Assembly: GCA_947501605.1 (NCBI GenBank)
Contig: CANMWZ010000005.1
Span: 32,001 to 96,000 of the forward strand
Reading direction: 5' to 3'
Origin: Planctomycetota bacterium
GTDB taxonomy: Bacteria; Planctomycetota; UBA1135; UBA2386
DNA: 64,000 nt
Within the stretch, counting starts at the first letter, position 1. Each line of letters begins with the position of its first letter. Below are positions 9,573 through 19,490 of this stretch, piece after piece. Under the pieces are notes generated by a model. That model made no database searches, was not told the origin of the DNA, and was given only the letters and a program-made list of their open reading frames with translations. A program made the translations under genes and the position numbers.

Positions 9573-10076
9573 ATGCGAATCGTTCCCGTTGCTGCCGTCC
9601 TCATCCTCGCCACCGCCGCCGCCGTTCTCGCTAGCCACGCACCGCCCGCCGCGCGCTACGTGCCCGCCGAGATCCGCTTCGAAGGCAAGGTGATCCTGCG
9701 CGGCTCCACCAGCGACGACGGCCACCCCGACGTCGATGCCGTGTGGGACTACCAACGCGGGCAGTTGCGCTATGCAGCGACCGAGGACTTCGCGGCGCTC
9801 GGGATCGCGAACGACCAGATGGAGTGCACCCTGGAGTCGCCCGCGGCGAAGAAGGACGCGAACGGCCGAGCTGGCGCGCGCGAAGCCGAGATCGAGGTCG
9901 ACGTTCGCTACGGCGGCCAACTCAGCACGTTCGAGTTGCGCCTCGTCCGCGATCCCAACGCAGCGAACGGGGCCGAGTGGCGGATCCACGAAGACGACCT
10001 CGATCGCCTGTTCGGGAACCGCTTGATCCGCCGCGACGACGCGCGAAGGCTGCAGGATCCGGCGCGCAAGAAGTGA
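9573..10076 (+). CDS. Hypothetical exported protein
   Basis: Signal-peptide-like N-terminus MRIVPVAAVLILATAAAVLA; typical codon usage. Confidence 0.6.
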   Translation: MRIVPVAAVLILATAAAVLASHAPPAARYVPAEIRFEGKVILRGSTSDDGHPDVDAVWDYQRGQLRYAATEDFAALGIANDQMECTLESPAAKKDANGRAGAREAEIEVDVRYGGQLSTFELRLVRDPNAANGAEWRIHEDDLDRLFGNRLIRRDDARRLQDPARKK

Positions 10077-10228
10077 AATCGGGGATCCGCTGCGGGCTCC
10101 GCCGACCCTGAAGAAGTTCGCGCCCGGTCGGCGATCGCGGTTCCCTCGGCGCGCCCCGTTATCTAGCGTGTGCGGTCCCGCGGGCGCGCCGACACGAGCC
10201 GAGCCGCGGTCCCTGCCCCTTCCTCTGC

Positions 10229-11719
10229 ATGACTACTCCGCACTCGCTGTTCGCCACGCCGCGCCAGGACTTCGTCGCCGGCATCGTCGTCTTCCTCGTC
10301 GCGTTGCCCCTGTGCCTCGGCATCGCGATCGCTTCGGGTGTGCCCCCGGTCTCCGGGCTCGTCGCCGGCATCGTCGGTGGACTCGTCGTGCCGCTCGTCT
10401 CGCGCGCGCCATTGTCGGTCTGTGGCCCGGCAGCGGGACTCACGTCCATCGTTCTCTTGGAAGTGTCGAAGCTCGGTGGGCTGCCGCTGTTCTTGACCGC
10501 GGTGATGCTCGCTGGCGCGATGCAGTTCGTGATGGGCGTCGTTCGCGCCGGTCGCCTGTCGTCGCTGGTGCCGTCGTCGGTCATCAAGGGCATGCTGGCC
10601 GCGATCGGCATCACCATCGTGACCAAGCAGTTGCCCGTGGCACTCGGCGTCGATGCACCGTTGCTCGAACTGCACACGAAGTCGCCGCACGCAGGCTCGC
10701 TCCTGCTCACGGCGATCTCGCTCGTCATTCTCTACACCTGGAAGAAGACGCCGTTCGGCAAGATCGCGTTCTTGTCGCCGGCGCTGATCGTCGTCGTGCT
10801 CGCGAGTGTGCTGGCCGCACTTCTCGACGGCAATGCGACCTTCGGTCTCGCGGCGAAGGCCTATGTCGACGTCCCGCTCGGCGGCCTCACGTCGCTCGCG
10901 GATTCCGTGCCGCGCCCCGACTTCGGTGGGTTCCTGCGCACCGACGTCTGGATCGCCGCCGCGACGATCGCGGTCGTCGCGAGCATCGAGACGCTGCTCA
11001 GTCTGCAGGCCGTGGATCGCCTCGATCCCCTGCGCCGCCACAGTCCGCCCGACCGCGAACTGCTGGCCCAGGGTCTCGGCAATGCCGCGTCCGGCTTCCT
11101 CGGGGGCCTGCCGATCACGTCGGTGATCGTGCGCAGCGGCGCCAACGTCGCAGCCGGTGGCCGCGGTCGGTTGTCCGCGATCGTGCACGGCGTGCTGCTG
11201 TTCGTCGCGGTCGTGTTCGCGGCGTCGCTGCTGAACCGCATCCCGCTCGCCGCCCTCGCGGCGGTGTTGATCCAGGTCGGGCTCAATCTGTGCAAGCCCG
11301 CACTGTTCACCAGTCAGATCAAGCTCGGCATCAACCAGCTCGTTCCCTTCGTGGTGACGATCGCGGCGGTGATGGCGACCGATCTGTTGAAGGGTGTGGT
11401 CATCGGCATCCTCGTCGGTATCGCCTTCGTGCTGCGGCAGAACGCGCAGGACGCGGTAGTGGTCAGCACCGACCCGGACGGCGCGCTGCGCTTCCGTTTC
11501 CGCCGCGATGCGACGTTCATCACCAAGCCGCAGTTGTTGTCGGCGCTGGACGACGTGGCGGACGGGTCGCGCGTCGTCATCGACGCCACCGGCGAATACG
11601 TCGACCAGGACGTCAAGGAAGCGCTCGCGTTGTTCATCGACGACGGCAAGCATCGCGGCGTCCATGTGGAACTCGTCGGGATCGACCTCGGCGGAGCGAG
11701 TGCCGGCGGGGGACACTGA
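10229..11719 (+). CDS. SulP/SLC26 family anion (likely bicarbonate) transporter
   Basis: Motifs DFVAGIVVFLVALPLCLGIAIASG, GPAAGL, ELLAQGLGN and GGLPITSVIVRS; short STAS-like tail. Confidence 0.92.
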   Translation: MTTPHSLFATPRQDFVAGIVVFLVALPLCLGIAIASGVPPVSGLVAGIVGGLVVPLVSRAPLSVCGPAAGLTSIVLLEVSKLGGLPLFLTAVMLAGAMQFVMGVVRAGRLSSLVPSSVIKGMLAAIGITIVTKQLPVALGVDAPLLELHTKSPHAGSLLLTAISLVILYTWKKTPFGKIAFLSPALIVVVLASVLAALLDGNATFGLAAKAYVDVPLGGLTSLADSVPRPDFGGFLRTDVWIAAATIAVVASIETLLSLQAVDRLDPLRRHSPPDRELLAQGLGNAASGFLGGLPITSVIVRSGANVAAGGRGRLSAIVHGVLLFVAVVFAASLLNRIPLAALAAVLIQVGLNLCKPALFTSQIKLGINQLVPFVVTIAAVMATDLLKGVVIGILVGIAFVLRQNAQDAVVVSTDPDGALRFRFRRDATFITKPQLLSALDDVADGSRVVIDATGEYVDQDVKEALALFIDDGKHRGVHVELVGIDLGGASAGGGH

Positions 11720-14628
11720 TGTCGACGACGCGCGGGCCGCACTCCGGCGACCCGGTCGAAGCGGCGCTGCATCGCGCCGCGGAAGTGCTGCCCGACCAGG
11801 GCCCGATCGGCGTGTTCGTGCACCACAACACGCTGCACGCGTTCCAGCGCGAGTCGTTCCATGACGGCGTGCAACGTGGCGCATCCTTGCTCTCGGCGCG
11901 GCCCTACCTCGAGCTCGATGCGTATCGGAAGGCGTTCGCGAGCGGGCGCATCGAGGCGCAGGATCTCGAGTTCGAGCTCCGTTGCGAACTCGGCGATCGC
12001 GCCGAATCCCCGGTGCTGCTGTCGATGTCGCGGCTCGAGGTGTGGACGGCGTTGATGCTCGCCGAGGTCGACGCCACGGATGCGGTCGGGTTGGACTTCG
12101 CGATCGCCGCCGGGACCAACGGGCCGTCCCGCGACCGAGCCCTGTGGAATGCGGCGGTTCGACGCTGCGAACGCGGGCCGATGCGGACACTGCCGTTGCC
12201 GGTGGCGCCGCCGCGCCACCGCGATGCGCTGCTCTTGCTCGGTGCCGCGGACCCCGACGAGGTGGTGCACGGCGAACTCGTGCGACTGTGCTCGGCGTAT
12301 CTCGACCAAGGTCAAGCGCAGGCGGTGCTGCCGTCGCGCGACCGCGGGTTCTTCGTGGCGGTGGGCGAACTGCATCGCAGCGGCGCGCCGGTCGCGTTCG
12401 CCTGTCGACCCGCGGATCGCGATCTCGCCGACTTCGTGGCCCGCGAATGCAGTGCGCGCGAGGTGGTGGACGTGTGCCTCTCAGCCCTCGGCGTCGAGGC
12501 CTCGATGGTCGAGGACTTCGTCGTCGCGACGCTGCTTTCGCTGCGCGGTTTCGCCGGCATGGTCTCGCGTTTCGCGCGCCATCCGGAGGACGACCGGGTG
12601 CACGTGCATGCGTCGCTGCTCGACTTCCTCGCCGTGAGGCTCTGCTACGAACGGCGCATCGTCGAACGACTCTGTGCCGAGCACGGTTTGCCTGTTGCGT
12701 TCGCGGCGTTGCGACGCCGCGCGCACGACCATGCGCTCGCCACCGCACCGCGCGACGCGCGTCTCGATGCGCTGCCGCTGTTCGCCGTCGCGCACAGGGC
12801 CGGTGTCGAGCCGGATCGTGTTGCCGATCTCCCCGAGGCCGAGTTGGCGGCGCTGTGGCAAGAATCGCAGGCGGCCTCCACGGTGACGCGGCAGCGCGTG
12901 TTCCACGAAGCCTACGAACGGCGCTATCGCCGCCAGATCCTCGATGCCCTCGCGCAGCTGCGCCCGCACGCGGTTCGCGGTCCTTCGCGGCCATCGGCGC
13001 AGTTCGTCTTCTGCATCGACGAGCGCGAAGAGAGCATCCGCCGCGCGCTCGAGGAGCAGTCGCCGGAGCTCGAGACCTTCGGGGCCGCCGGCTTCTTCGG
13101 CGTGGCCATGGACTACCAAGGGCTCTACGACCGCGAGCCGGCTCCGCACGCGCCGGTCGTGGTGATTCCCGCGCACGAGGTGCACGAGTCCCCGGTGTTC
13201 ACCGAGCGCGATTGGGACGCGCTGCGACGGCGGATGCGTTCGGCGGTCCACGCCGTCGAGCGAACGACGGGCAAAGGCTCGCGCGGCCTCCTGGGCGGTG
13301 CTGGCTCGTCGCTGCTGCTCGGGCCGCTCGCTGGCGCAGCGGCTGCCGTTCGGGTCCTCGCGCCGCGATGGTCGATGATGCTGCGCGACAGCATCGAACG
13401 CTGGCTCGCACCGGTGCCGACGACGCGCCTCGTGTCGCTGCGCGGCAACGCCATCGCCCTCGACGGGCCGCGGCAGAAGCCGATCGGCTTCTCGCTCGAC
13501 GAGGCGGCGGACCGTGTGGCCAACACGCTGAAGAACCTCGGCCTCGTGCGCGACTTCGCGCCCGTCGTGGTCGTGCTCGGGCACGGCTCGACGAGCCTCA
13601 ACAACCCACACGAGTCGGCGCACGACTGTGGTGCGTGCGGCGGCCGACGCGGTGGTGCCAACGCGCGGTTGTTCGCCGAGCTTGCCAATCGGCTCGCCGT
13701 GCGTCACGCCGTGGCCGAACGCGGAGTGGAGATCCCGGACGACTGCTGGTTCGTCGGCGCGCTGCACGACACCGCGGACGACTCGGTTCGCTACTACGAC
13801 CTGCAGGCGCTGCCGTCCCATGCCGCTGCGGCGTTCGACGTCGCAGCCGCCGCGCTCGAAGACGCGCGGGCGAGGAGCGCCCACGAACGTTGCCGACGGT
13901 TCGAGCACGCGGCAGCGACGCTGACTCCCGCGCAGGCCCTGCGGCACGTCGAGGAACGAGCTCGCCACCTGGCGCAGCCGCGGCCCGAGTACGGCCACTG
14001 CACCAACGCCATCGCGGTGGTGGGGCGGCGACGGCTCACGCGCGGTCTGTTCCTCGATCGACGCGCGTTCCTCGTCAGCTACGACCCGACGGTCGACCAG
14101 GACGACGTCGTGCTCGCGCGCATCCTCGCGGCGGTCGGGCCGGTCGGCGCCGGCATCAGCCTCGAGTACTACTTCTCCTCGGTCGACAACGAGGTCTTCG
14201 GTTGCGGCACGAAGCTGCCGCACAACGTCACCGGCTTGCTCGGCGTGATCAACGGCCACCAAGGCGACCTGCGCACGGGCCTGCCGCTGCAGATGGTCGA
14301 GATCCACGAACCGATGCGGTTGTTGATGATCGTCGAGGCGACCTGCGACGCGCTGTTGCGAGTCGCGGCTCGCAACCCAGAAGTGATGGAGTTGGTGGGC
14401 AATCGCTGGGTGCAACTCGTGTCCGTGCATCCCGAGACCGGCGCGATGCACTATTTCGACAAGGCGACTTCGCAGCGCCCGGCGGGCTTCGTGCCCTACG
14501 TGCCGTCGGACGCGCCGTTGCCTACGGTGCAGACGTCTGCCGAATGGTACGAAGGGCGCAGCGAACATCTCGCGCCGGCGATCGTCGCGAGCGCGCTGCG
14601 AACCGCAGGACCTGGAGGTGTCGCGTGA
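11719..14628 (+). CDS. dabA: DUF2309 inorganic carbon transporter subunit DabA (beta-carbonic-anhydrase-like)
   Basis: Motifs LPDQGPIGVFVHHNTLHAF, FCIDEREES, GHGS, DCGACGG, AQPRPEYGH and HEPMRL; TGATG coupling to sulP. Confidence 0.92.
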   Translation: MSTTRGPHSGDPVEAALHRAAEVLPDQGPIGVFVHHNTLHAFQRESFHDGVQRGASLLSARPYLELDAYRKAFASGRIEAQDLEFELRCELGDRAESPVLLSMSRLEVWTALMLAEVDATDAVGLDFAIAAGTNGPSRDRALWNAAVRRCERGPMRTLPLPVAPPRHRDALLLLGAADPDEVVHGELVRLCSAYLDQGQAQAVLPSRDRGFFVAVGELHRSGAPVAFACRPADRDLADFVARECSAREVVDVCLSALGVEASMVEDFVVATLLSLRGFAGMVSRFARHPEDDRVHVHASLLDFLAVRLCYERRIVERLCAEHGLPVAFAALRRRAHDHALATAPRDARLDALPLFAVAHRAGVEPDRVADLPEAELAALWQESQAASTVTRQRVFHEAYERRYRRQILDALAQLRPHAVRGPSRPSAQFVFCIDEREESIRRALEEQSPELETFGAAGFFGVAMDYQGLYDREPAPHAPVVVIPAHEVHESPVFTERDWDALRRRMRSAVHAVERTTGKGSRGLLGGAGSSLLLGPLAGAAAAVRVLAPRWSMMLRDSIERWLAPVPTTRLVSLRGNAIALDGPRQKPIGFSLDEAADRVANTLKNLGLVRDFAPVVVVLGHGSTSLNNPHESAHDCGACGGRRGGANARLFAELANRLAVRHAVAERGVEIPDDCWFVGALHDTADDSVRYYDLQALPSHAAAAFDVAAAALEDARARSAHERCRRFEHAAATLTPAQALRHVEERARHLAQPRPEYGHCTNAIAVVGRRRLTRGLFLDRRAFLVSYDPTVDQDDVVLARILAAVGPVGAGISLEYYFSSVDNEVFGCGTKLPHNVTGLLGVINGHQGDLRTGLPLQMVEIHEPMRLLMIVEATCDALLRVAARNPEVMELVGNRWVQLVSVHPETGAMHYFDKATSQRPAGFVPYVPSDAPLPTVQTSAEWYEGRSEHLAPAIVASALRTAGPGGVA

Positions 14629-15977
14629 GCGAGCTGCTGGACCTGGTTCCTGGCTGCCTCGTCGCCACGATCGCAGCACCCGGGGCCGCCGTCGTGTGCG
14701 TGGCGTTGATCGCCCTCGCGTCGCGCGAGCGAACGTCGGAACGCGTGGCCCTCGTCCTCGTCGGCATCGCGCTCGCCGTGTCGCTGGCCGCCAGCGCGAT
14801 CGTTGCACTCGCTGCCTCCGGACTCTTCGGACCTGGGGTCGAAGGCGAGGTCGACTTCGGCGCGTGGCTCTCCGTCGGTAGCTACGAGGTGCCGGCCGTG
14901 CTGCTGGTCGACACGCCGGCGGTGGTGTTCTCGCTGCTGGCGGCGGCGCTGACCGCGTTGGTCGCGCGCTTCTCCAAGACCTACCTGCATCGAGAACCTG
15001 GCTTCGTGCGGTTCTACGTGCTGCTCGGCATGTTCGCCGCCGGCACGCAGTTGGTGGCCTTCGCCGGCGCGCTCGACCTCATGTTCGCCGGGTGGGAACT
15101 GCTCGGCTGGTCGTCGGCACTGTTCATCGGCTTCTTCCACGAACGCGCCGAGCCGGCGCGCTCGTCGGTGCGCGCGTTCACGACGTATCGCATCTGCGAC
15201 ATCGGCTTCCTGCTGGCGATCGTGGCGACGCACGAGCTGATCGGCTCGACGCGAATCGCTGCGCTCCCTGCTGTGGCTCTGCTGCCGACCTCGGTCACGA
15301 CGGCGATCGCCGCGATGTTCTTGTTCTCCGCGCTCGGCAAGTCGGCGCAGCTGCCGTTCTCGGGCTGGCTTCCGCGCGCGATGGAAGGGCCGACGCCGTC
15401 GAGTGCGTTGTTCTACGGCGGCGTCTCGGTGCACGCCGGTCTGTATCTCCTGCTGCGCGTCTGGCCGATGCTCGAAGCGGCCCCGGCGGTCGAGTTCGTC
15501 GGCGTCGCCATCGGTCTCTCGACCGCGGTCTACGCGACGCTCGTAGCGCGCACCAACAGCGATGCGAAGGGCACCCTCGCGCACGCGACGTTGGCGCAAG
15601 TGGGGCTCATGCTCGCCGAGATCTGCGCCGGCTATCGCGAACTGGCGCTGCTGCACCTCACCGGGCACGCGTTGTTGCGCGTCTGGCAGTACTTGCGGGC
15701 ACCGAATGCGATCCACGATGCGCATCGCATCGGGCACGAGCACGTGGTCCCCTCGTTCTTGTCCTCGTCGCGGCCGCACCTCGCGAAGAGGCTCTACGCC
15801 GCGGCGCTGCATCGGTGGCGGCTCGACGAGCGGCTCGATCGCGCGATCGCGCCGGTGCTGGGGTTGGCGCGGTGGATCGACGTCACAGAACGGCGCCTCG
15901 CCGCGTTCGTGCGCGCCGGCGACGACTCGCGAACGAACGACCGCCGCGGGCAGGATCCGCGCGGAGGGGCCTCGTGA
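14625..15977 (+). CDS. dabB: NuoL/ND5-like proton-conducting membrane subunit (DabB-like)
   Basis: Motifs GWELLG, KSAQLPFSGWLPRAMEGPTPSSA and GHALLR; GTGA overlap with dabA. Confidence 0.85.
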   Translation: MSELLDLVPGCLVATIAAPGAAVVCVALIALASRERTSERVALVLVGIALAVSLAASAIVALAASGLFGPGVEGEVDFGAWLSVGSYEVPAVLLVDTPAVVFSLLAAALTALVARFSKTYLHREPGFVRFYVLLGMFAAGTQLVAFAGALDLMFAGWELLGWSSALFIGFFHERAEPARSSVRAFTTYRICDIGFLLAIVATHELIGSTRIAALPAVALLPTSVTTAIAAMFLFSALGKSAQLPFSGWLPRAMEGPTPSSALFYGGVSVHAGLYLLLRVWPMLEAAPAVEFVGVAIGLSTAVYATLVARTNSDAKGTLAHATLAQVGLMLAEICAGYRELALLHLTGHALLRVWQYLRAPNAIHDAHRIGHEHVVPSFLSSSRPHLAKRLYAAALHRWRLDERLDRAIAPVLGLARWIDVTERRLAAFVRAGDDSRTNDRRGQDPRGGAS

Positions 15978-17092
15978 TGTTGTTCGCGGCGATCGGAGAA
16001 GCTGACGTGGCACCGTGGATCGTGTTCGCGGTCTCGGTGTCGATGTTGTTCGCCTCGACGGTGGAACAGCACGCGCGCTACACGCTGCTGCCGATGGTCT
16101 TGGTGGCGGCGCTGCTCGCGGTCGGGGTGTCGGCCGCCGACGGGATGCTCGGCTATGCCACGCTCGGGCTGGTGGCATTCGTGCACGCCGCGACCGCGGT
16201 GCGGCACAGTCGCATCGGTGCGATCTCGCTGGTGTTGGCCGGGATCTCGACCGCGGTGGCGGCGATGGCAGTCGGCAGCGATCACGTCGTCCTCGCGTTC
16301 TGGGCGTCGCTGGTCGCGATCGCGCTTCGCGCCGGCGTGATGCCGCTGCACTTCGGCGTCGTGCACCTCGGCGACAAGGTCGCGGCGCTGCAGGCGCAGC
16401 AGTTCGCCTCGACGCTGGCGCTGGTGTTCTTGCACTTGCGGTTCGTCGACCATCACCCTACGGCCTACGAGTTGGCGCCGATCCTGGTTCGCATCGGCGC
16501 GGTGGCGACGCTGTTGCCAGCACTCGCGGCCTTGGTCCAACGCGATCTGCGCGGGCTCTACCGCTGCACCGTCGCCATGCACGGCGGCATGCTGCTGGCC
16601 GCAGTCGGCGCGGCGGGCCACGGCCACTACGCCGCGGCGTTGCTGGTCTCGGTGACGACCTGCCTCGGCGTCTGCGGGTTTGGTCTGATGGTCAGCGCGC
16701 TCGAGCAGCGCGCCGGGCGCGTGTCGCTCGAAGGACTCGGCGGGCGCTTCCGCGCCTTCCCGCGCCTCGGCGCTGCGTTCGCGTTCTTCGGCGCTTGCGG
16801 CGTCGGCATGCCAGGCACGGCCGGCTTCATCGCCGACGACCTGTTCTTGCACGCCCTGTGGGAAGAGAGCGTGCTCGGCACGGTGCTGGTCGTCCTCGGC
16901 AGCGCGCTGCTCGCGGTGGCGACGATCCGCGGCTACACGCGGGTCTTCCTCGGGCCGCCGTGCGCGTCGCCCGCGCCCGACTTGCTGCTCGGCGAACGGT
17001 TGGTCGCCGCCCTGCTGGCGATCTTGTTGGTCCTGCTCGGTGTCGTGCCCAACTTGATCCTCGGCCCGGCTGCGGCCCTGCTCGGTTCCTGA
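15977..17092 (+). CDS. Short NuoM/ND4-like proton-conducting membrane subunit
   Basis: Motifs LRAGVMPLH and GMPGTAGFIADDL; many TM segments; TGATG coupling. Confidence 0.8.
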   Translation: MLFAAIGEADVAPWIVFAVSVSMLFASTVEQHARYTLLPMVLVAALLAVGVSAADGMLGYATLGLVAFVHAATAVRHSRIGAISLVLAGISTAVAAMAVGSDHVVLAFWASLVAIALRAGVMPLHFGVVHLGDKVAALQAQQFASTLALVFLHLRFVDHHPTAYELAPILVRIGAVATLLPALAALVQRDLRGLYRCTVAMHGGMLLAAVGAAGHGHYAAALLVSVTTCLGVCGFGLMVSALEQRAGRVSLEGLGGRFRAFPRLGAAFAFFGACGVGMPGTAGFIADDLFLHALWEESVLGTVLVVLGSALLAVATIRGYTRVFLGPPCASPAPDLLLGERLVAALLAILLVLLGVVPNLILGPAAALLGS

Positions 17093-17116
17093 TCGGTCCG
17101 CTAGGATCTGCCGGCG

Positions 17117-18730
17117 ATGCCCATGCCCTTGCCGCTGTGGTCCCTGAAGCCCGTCCATGCCCCCGGTGTGCCGGCCCGCGTCCCGCTCGACACTGTGCTG
17201 ACCCTCGGGCGCTCGCCGACGAACGGGCTCGCGTTCGACGCCGCTGCGTTCCCGTCTGTGTCGGCCCACCACGCGCGCATCGTGGTCGCGAGCGACGGCA
17301 CGTTGCACGTGGAGGACCTCGGTTCGAGCAACGGCACGTTCGTCAATGACGAGCGCACCGAGCGGGCCTCCCTGCGCGACGGCGATGTGCTGCGGCTCGG
17401 GCTCGACGGGCCGTCGTTCGTGGTCGAGGAACGCGGCGGCAGCGCGGTGACGACGGTGGAGCCGATCGACCTTTCGCGCCAACGGAACCACGCAGACCTG
17501 TCGCAGACCTCGGTGGTGCGGATCAAGCGCGCGCTCGGCGTGCCCGATGGTCAAGACCTCGGCCAGATGGTTGCACGCAGCGAACGCGGCACGCGCCGCG
17601 GCCTCGGCATGGCGATGGGCGCGATGCTGGTCCTCGGGGTCGGTACCGCGGTCGCCGTGCAGGCTTCGAGGCGCGGCAGCGCCGAGAAGTTTTCTTTTGA
17701 ACTCGCGCACCAACTGGCGAATGCGTCGGCGGCGCTGTCGCAGCAACGCGCCGAGTTCGACCAGCGGCACGACACCCTCAAGCTTGAACGCGAAGTGCTG
17801 AAGCAGCAACTCGACCAGTTGGCGGTGCAGGATCAGGGTGCCAAAGTCGACGTCGCGCGGTTGCGCGACGAGCTGACCGCGACCAGCACGCGCCTGCGTT
17901 CCTACGACCCCGTGAACGTCGCGGCGGCCCAGCATGCGAGCATCGGCGCGGTCCAGCGTTCGGTGGTCTTCGTCGACACGCGCGTGCGCTTGCGTCATTC
18001 GGAGTCCAAGAAGTTGCTGCGTCTCACCAAGGAGGATGCGAGCGGGCAGCAGACTGTGACACTCGACGGCGACGGCGATCCGTTCGAACGGATGAGCAGC
18101 GGGTCGGGCTTCTGCATCGACGCAGATGGCCGCATCGTGACCAACGCGCACGTCGTGCAGCCCGACGGCTACGACCACAGCTACCCGTGGGGCGAGAGTG
18201 AGAAGTTGCTGCCCGAACTGGTGCTTGCCGTGGTGTTCTCGGGTACGGACGTGGCGCACTCGGCGAAGCTCGTGCGAACCCTCGAAGGCGGCGAGCACGA
18301 TTTGGCACTGCTGCAGATCGAGCCGTTCGAAGGCATGCCGCGCTTGTCGAACTTCCGCTCTGACGCCGTCGTCCTCGAGGTGGGCACCGACGTTTATCTG
18401 CACGGCTTCCCGCTCGGCAAGGCGGCGATTCAGGACGGCAACCGCGTCTTCGCCTCGAGCTTCCGCGGCATCCTTAGCCGACAGGTCGGTTCGTGGCTGC
18501 AAGTCGATGCCGCCGTGCATCCGGGCAACAGTGGCGGCCCACTGACCGACGCGCACGGTGCGGTGTTGGGCGTCGTGACGCGCGTGCAGCGCATCGATGC
18601 AGGGGCGATCGCCCCAGCCATGGGCTACGTCATCCCGATTGCCAATGTCGCGGCTCTGCTAGCCGAGCCGCAAGCGCCGGCGACGATCAGCCCGGACGGT
18701 GCGGCCGCGACCACCGGCGCGGGGAAGTGA
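17117..18730 (+). CDS. FHA domain - TM - coiled coil - trypsin-like serine protease
   Basis: FHA motifs LGR, VSAHHA and DLGSSNGTFVN; protease motifs GSGF, TNAHVV, HDLALL and PGNSGGPL. Confidence 0.88.
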   Translation: MPMPLPLWSLKPVHAPGVPARVPLDTVLTLGRSPTNGLAFDAAAFPSVSAHHARIVVASDGTLHVEDLGSSNGTFVNDERTERASLRDGDVLRLGLDGPSFVVEERGGSAVTTVEPIDLSRQRNHADLSQTSVVRIKRALGVPDGQDLGQMVARSERGTRRGLGMAMGAMLVLGVGTAVAVQASRRGSAEKFSFELAHQLANASAALSQQRAEFDQRHDTLKLEREVLKQQLDQLAVQDQGAKVDVARLRDELTATSTRLRSYDPVNVAAAQHASIGAVQRSVVFVDTRVRLRHSESKKLLRLTKEDASGQQTVTLDGDGDPFERMSSGSGFCIDADGRIVTNAHVVQPDGYDHSYPWGESEKLLPELVLAVVFSGTDVAHSAKLVRTLEGGEHDLALLQIEPFEGMPRLSNFRSDAVVLEVGTDVYLHGFPLGKAAIQDGNRVFASSFRGILSRQVGSWLQVDAAVHPGNSGGPLTDAHGAVLGVVTRVQRIDAGAIAPAMGYVIPIANVAALLAEPQAPATISPDGAAATTGAGK

Positions 18731-18839
18731 CGGGCACTGCACTCCTCGCGGGGTGAACGGGGCTCAACAGCCCAGCAATCCCATTGGGTTCGTCGCGTTG
18801 ACCAACTGGCTGTGGTGATCCGCCACGCCGACCGTGCTC

Positions 18840-19481
18840 ATGCTGAACCCGCTGTCACCAGACACTGACGACTGCCAAGGTGCTGGCCCCGACGCGGGTT
18901 TCGCGCGCCGTGGAGCGGGGGATCACCCGATCGTTGGGTTGGTGCGTGAGCACGACGTGATCCGCCTCGGCCTCGATGCGATCGCCACCGAGAGCCTGCG
19001 CATACAGCGCAGCTTCGAGGTTCGGCTGGGCTTCTGGATGCCGGCCCTGGAGTGGCTCGAACTGTTCGTCGACCGCGACCACCACGCGCGCGAAGAGGAG
19101 GTCCTGTTCGTGTGGCTGCAAGGCGCCGGAATGCCGATGGACCGCGGCCCGCTGGCGCAGGTGGCGAAGGAGCACGAGAGGGCGCGCGCGGTGCGCGGGC
19201 GCATGGTGCAGGCGGTCGCGATCTACGACGTTCGCGGGCTGGCCGAGGCCGCGCAGGAGTACTCGGATCGATTGCGGCAGCACATGGAGGACGAGGAGCG
19301 GCTGCTGTTTCCGTTGGCGATGGAGTGCCTTGACGCGGTCGCGCTCGGGGAGCTCGTGATCCGCCTCGCCGGACATCGCGATCAGATCGGGGGTGCGATA
19401 CGCGAACGCGCGGATTGGCTTCAGCGGGAGTTGTTGGCGGGCGAGCCGTCGGGCGAGGATGGCGGGCCCGCTGTGCCGTAG
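18840..19481 (+). CDS. Hemerythrin HHE cation-binding domain protein
   Basis: Motifs LVREHDVI, HHAREEEVLF, EHERAR and HMEDEERLLFP. Confidence 0.85.
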   Translation: MLNPLSPDTDDCQGAGPDAGFARRGAGDHPIVGLVREHDVIRLGLDAIATESLRIQRSFEVRLGFWMPALEWLELFVDRDHHAREEEVLFVWLQGAGMPMDRGPLAQVAKEHERARAVRGRMVQAVAIYDVRGLAEAAQEYSDRLRQHMEDEERLLFPLAMECLDAVALGELVIRLAGHRDQIGGAIRERADWLQRELLAGEPSGEDGGPAVP

Positions 19482-19490
19482 CGGCGACTC

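Noticed and set aside
10168..11718. Upstream extensions in the ORF track (1486-aa DabA, 1331-aa DabB, 816-aa A6 and similar)
   Set aside because: They overlap bona fide upstream genes; true starts coincide with stop/start overlaps.
14625..17092. Respiratory complex I (nuoL/nuoM) or an Mrp antiporter
   Set aside because: No other nuo or mrp genes are present, and direct coupling to DUF2309 indicates a DAB-type system.
18731..18840. FNR/CRP box upstream of the hemerythrin gene (also looked near the cco genes)
   Set aside because: No convincing TTGAT-N4-ATCAA or TGTGA-N6-TCACA match.
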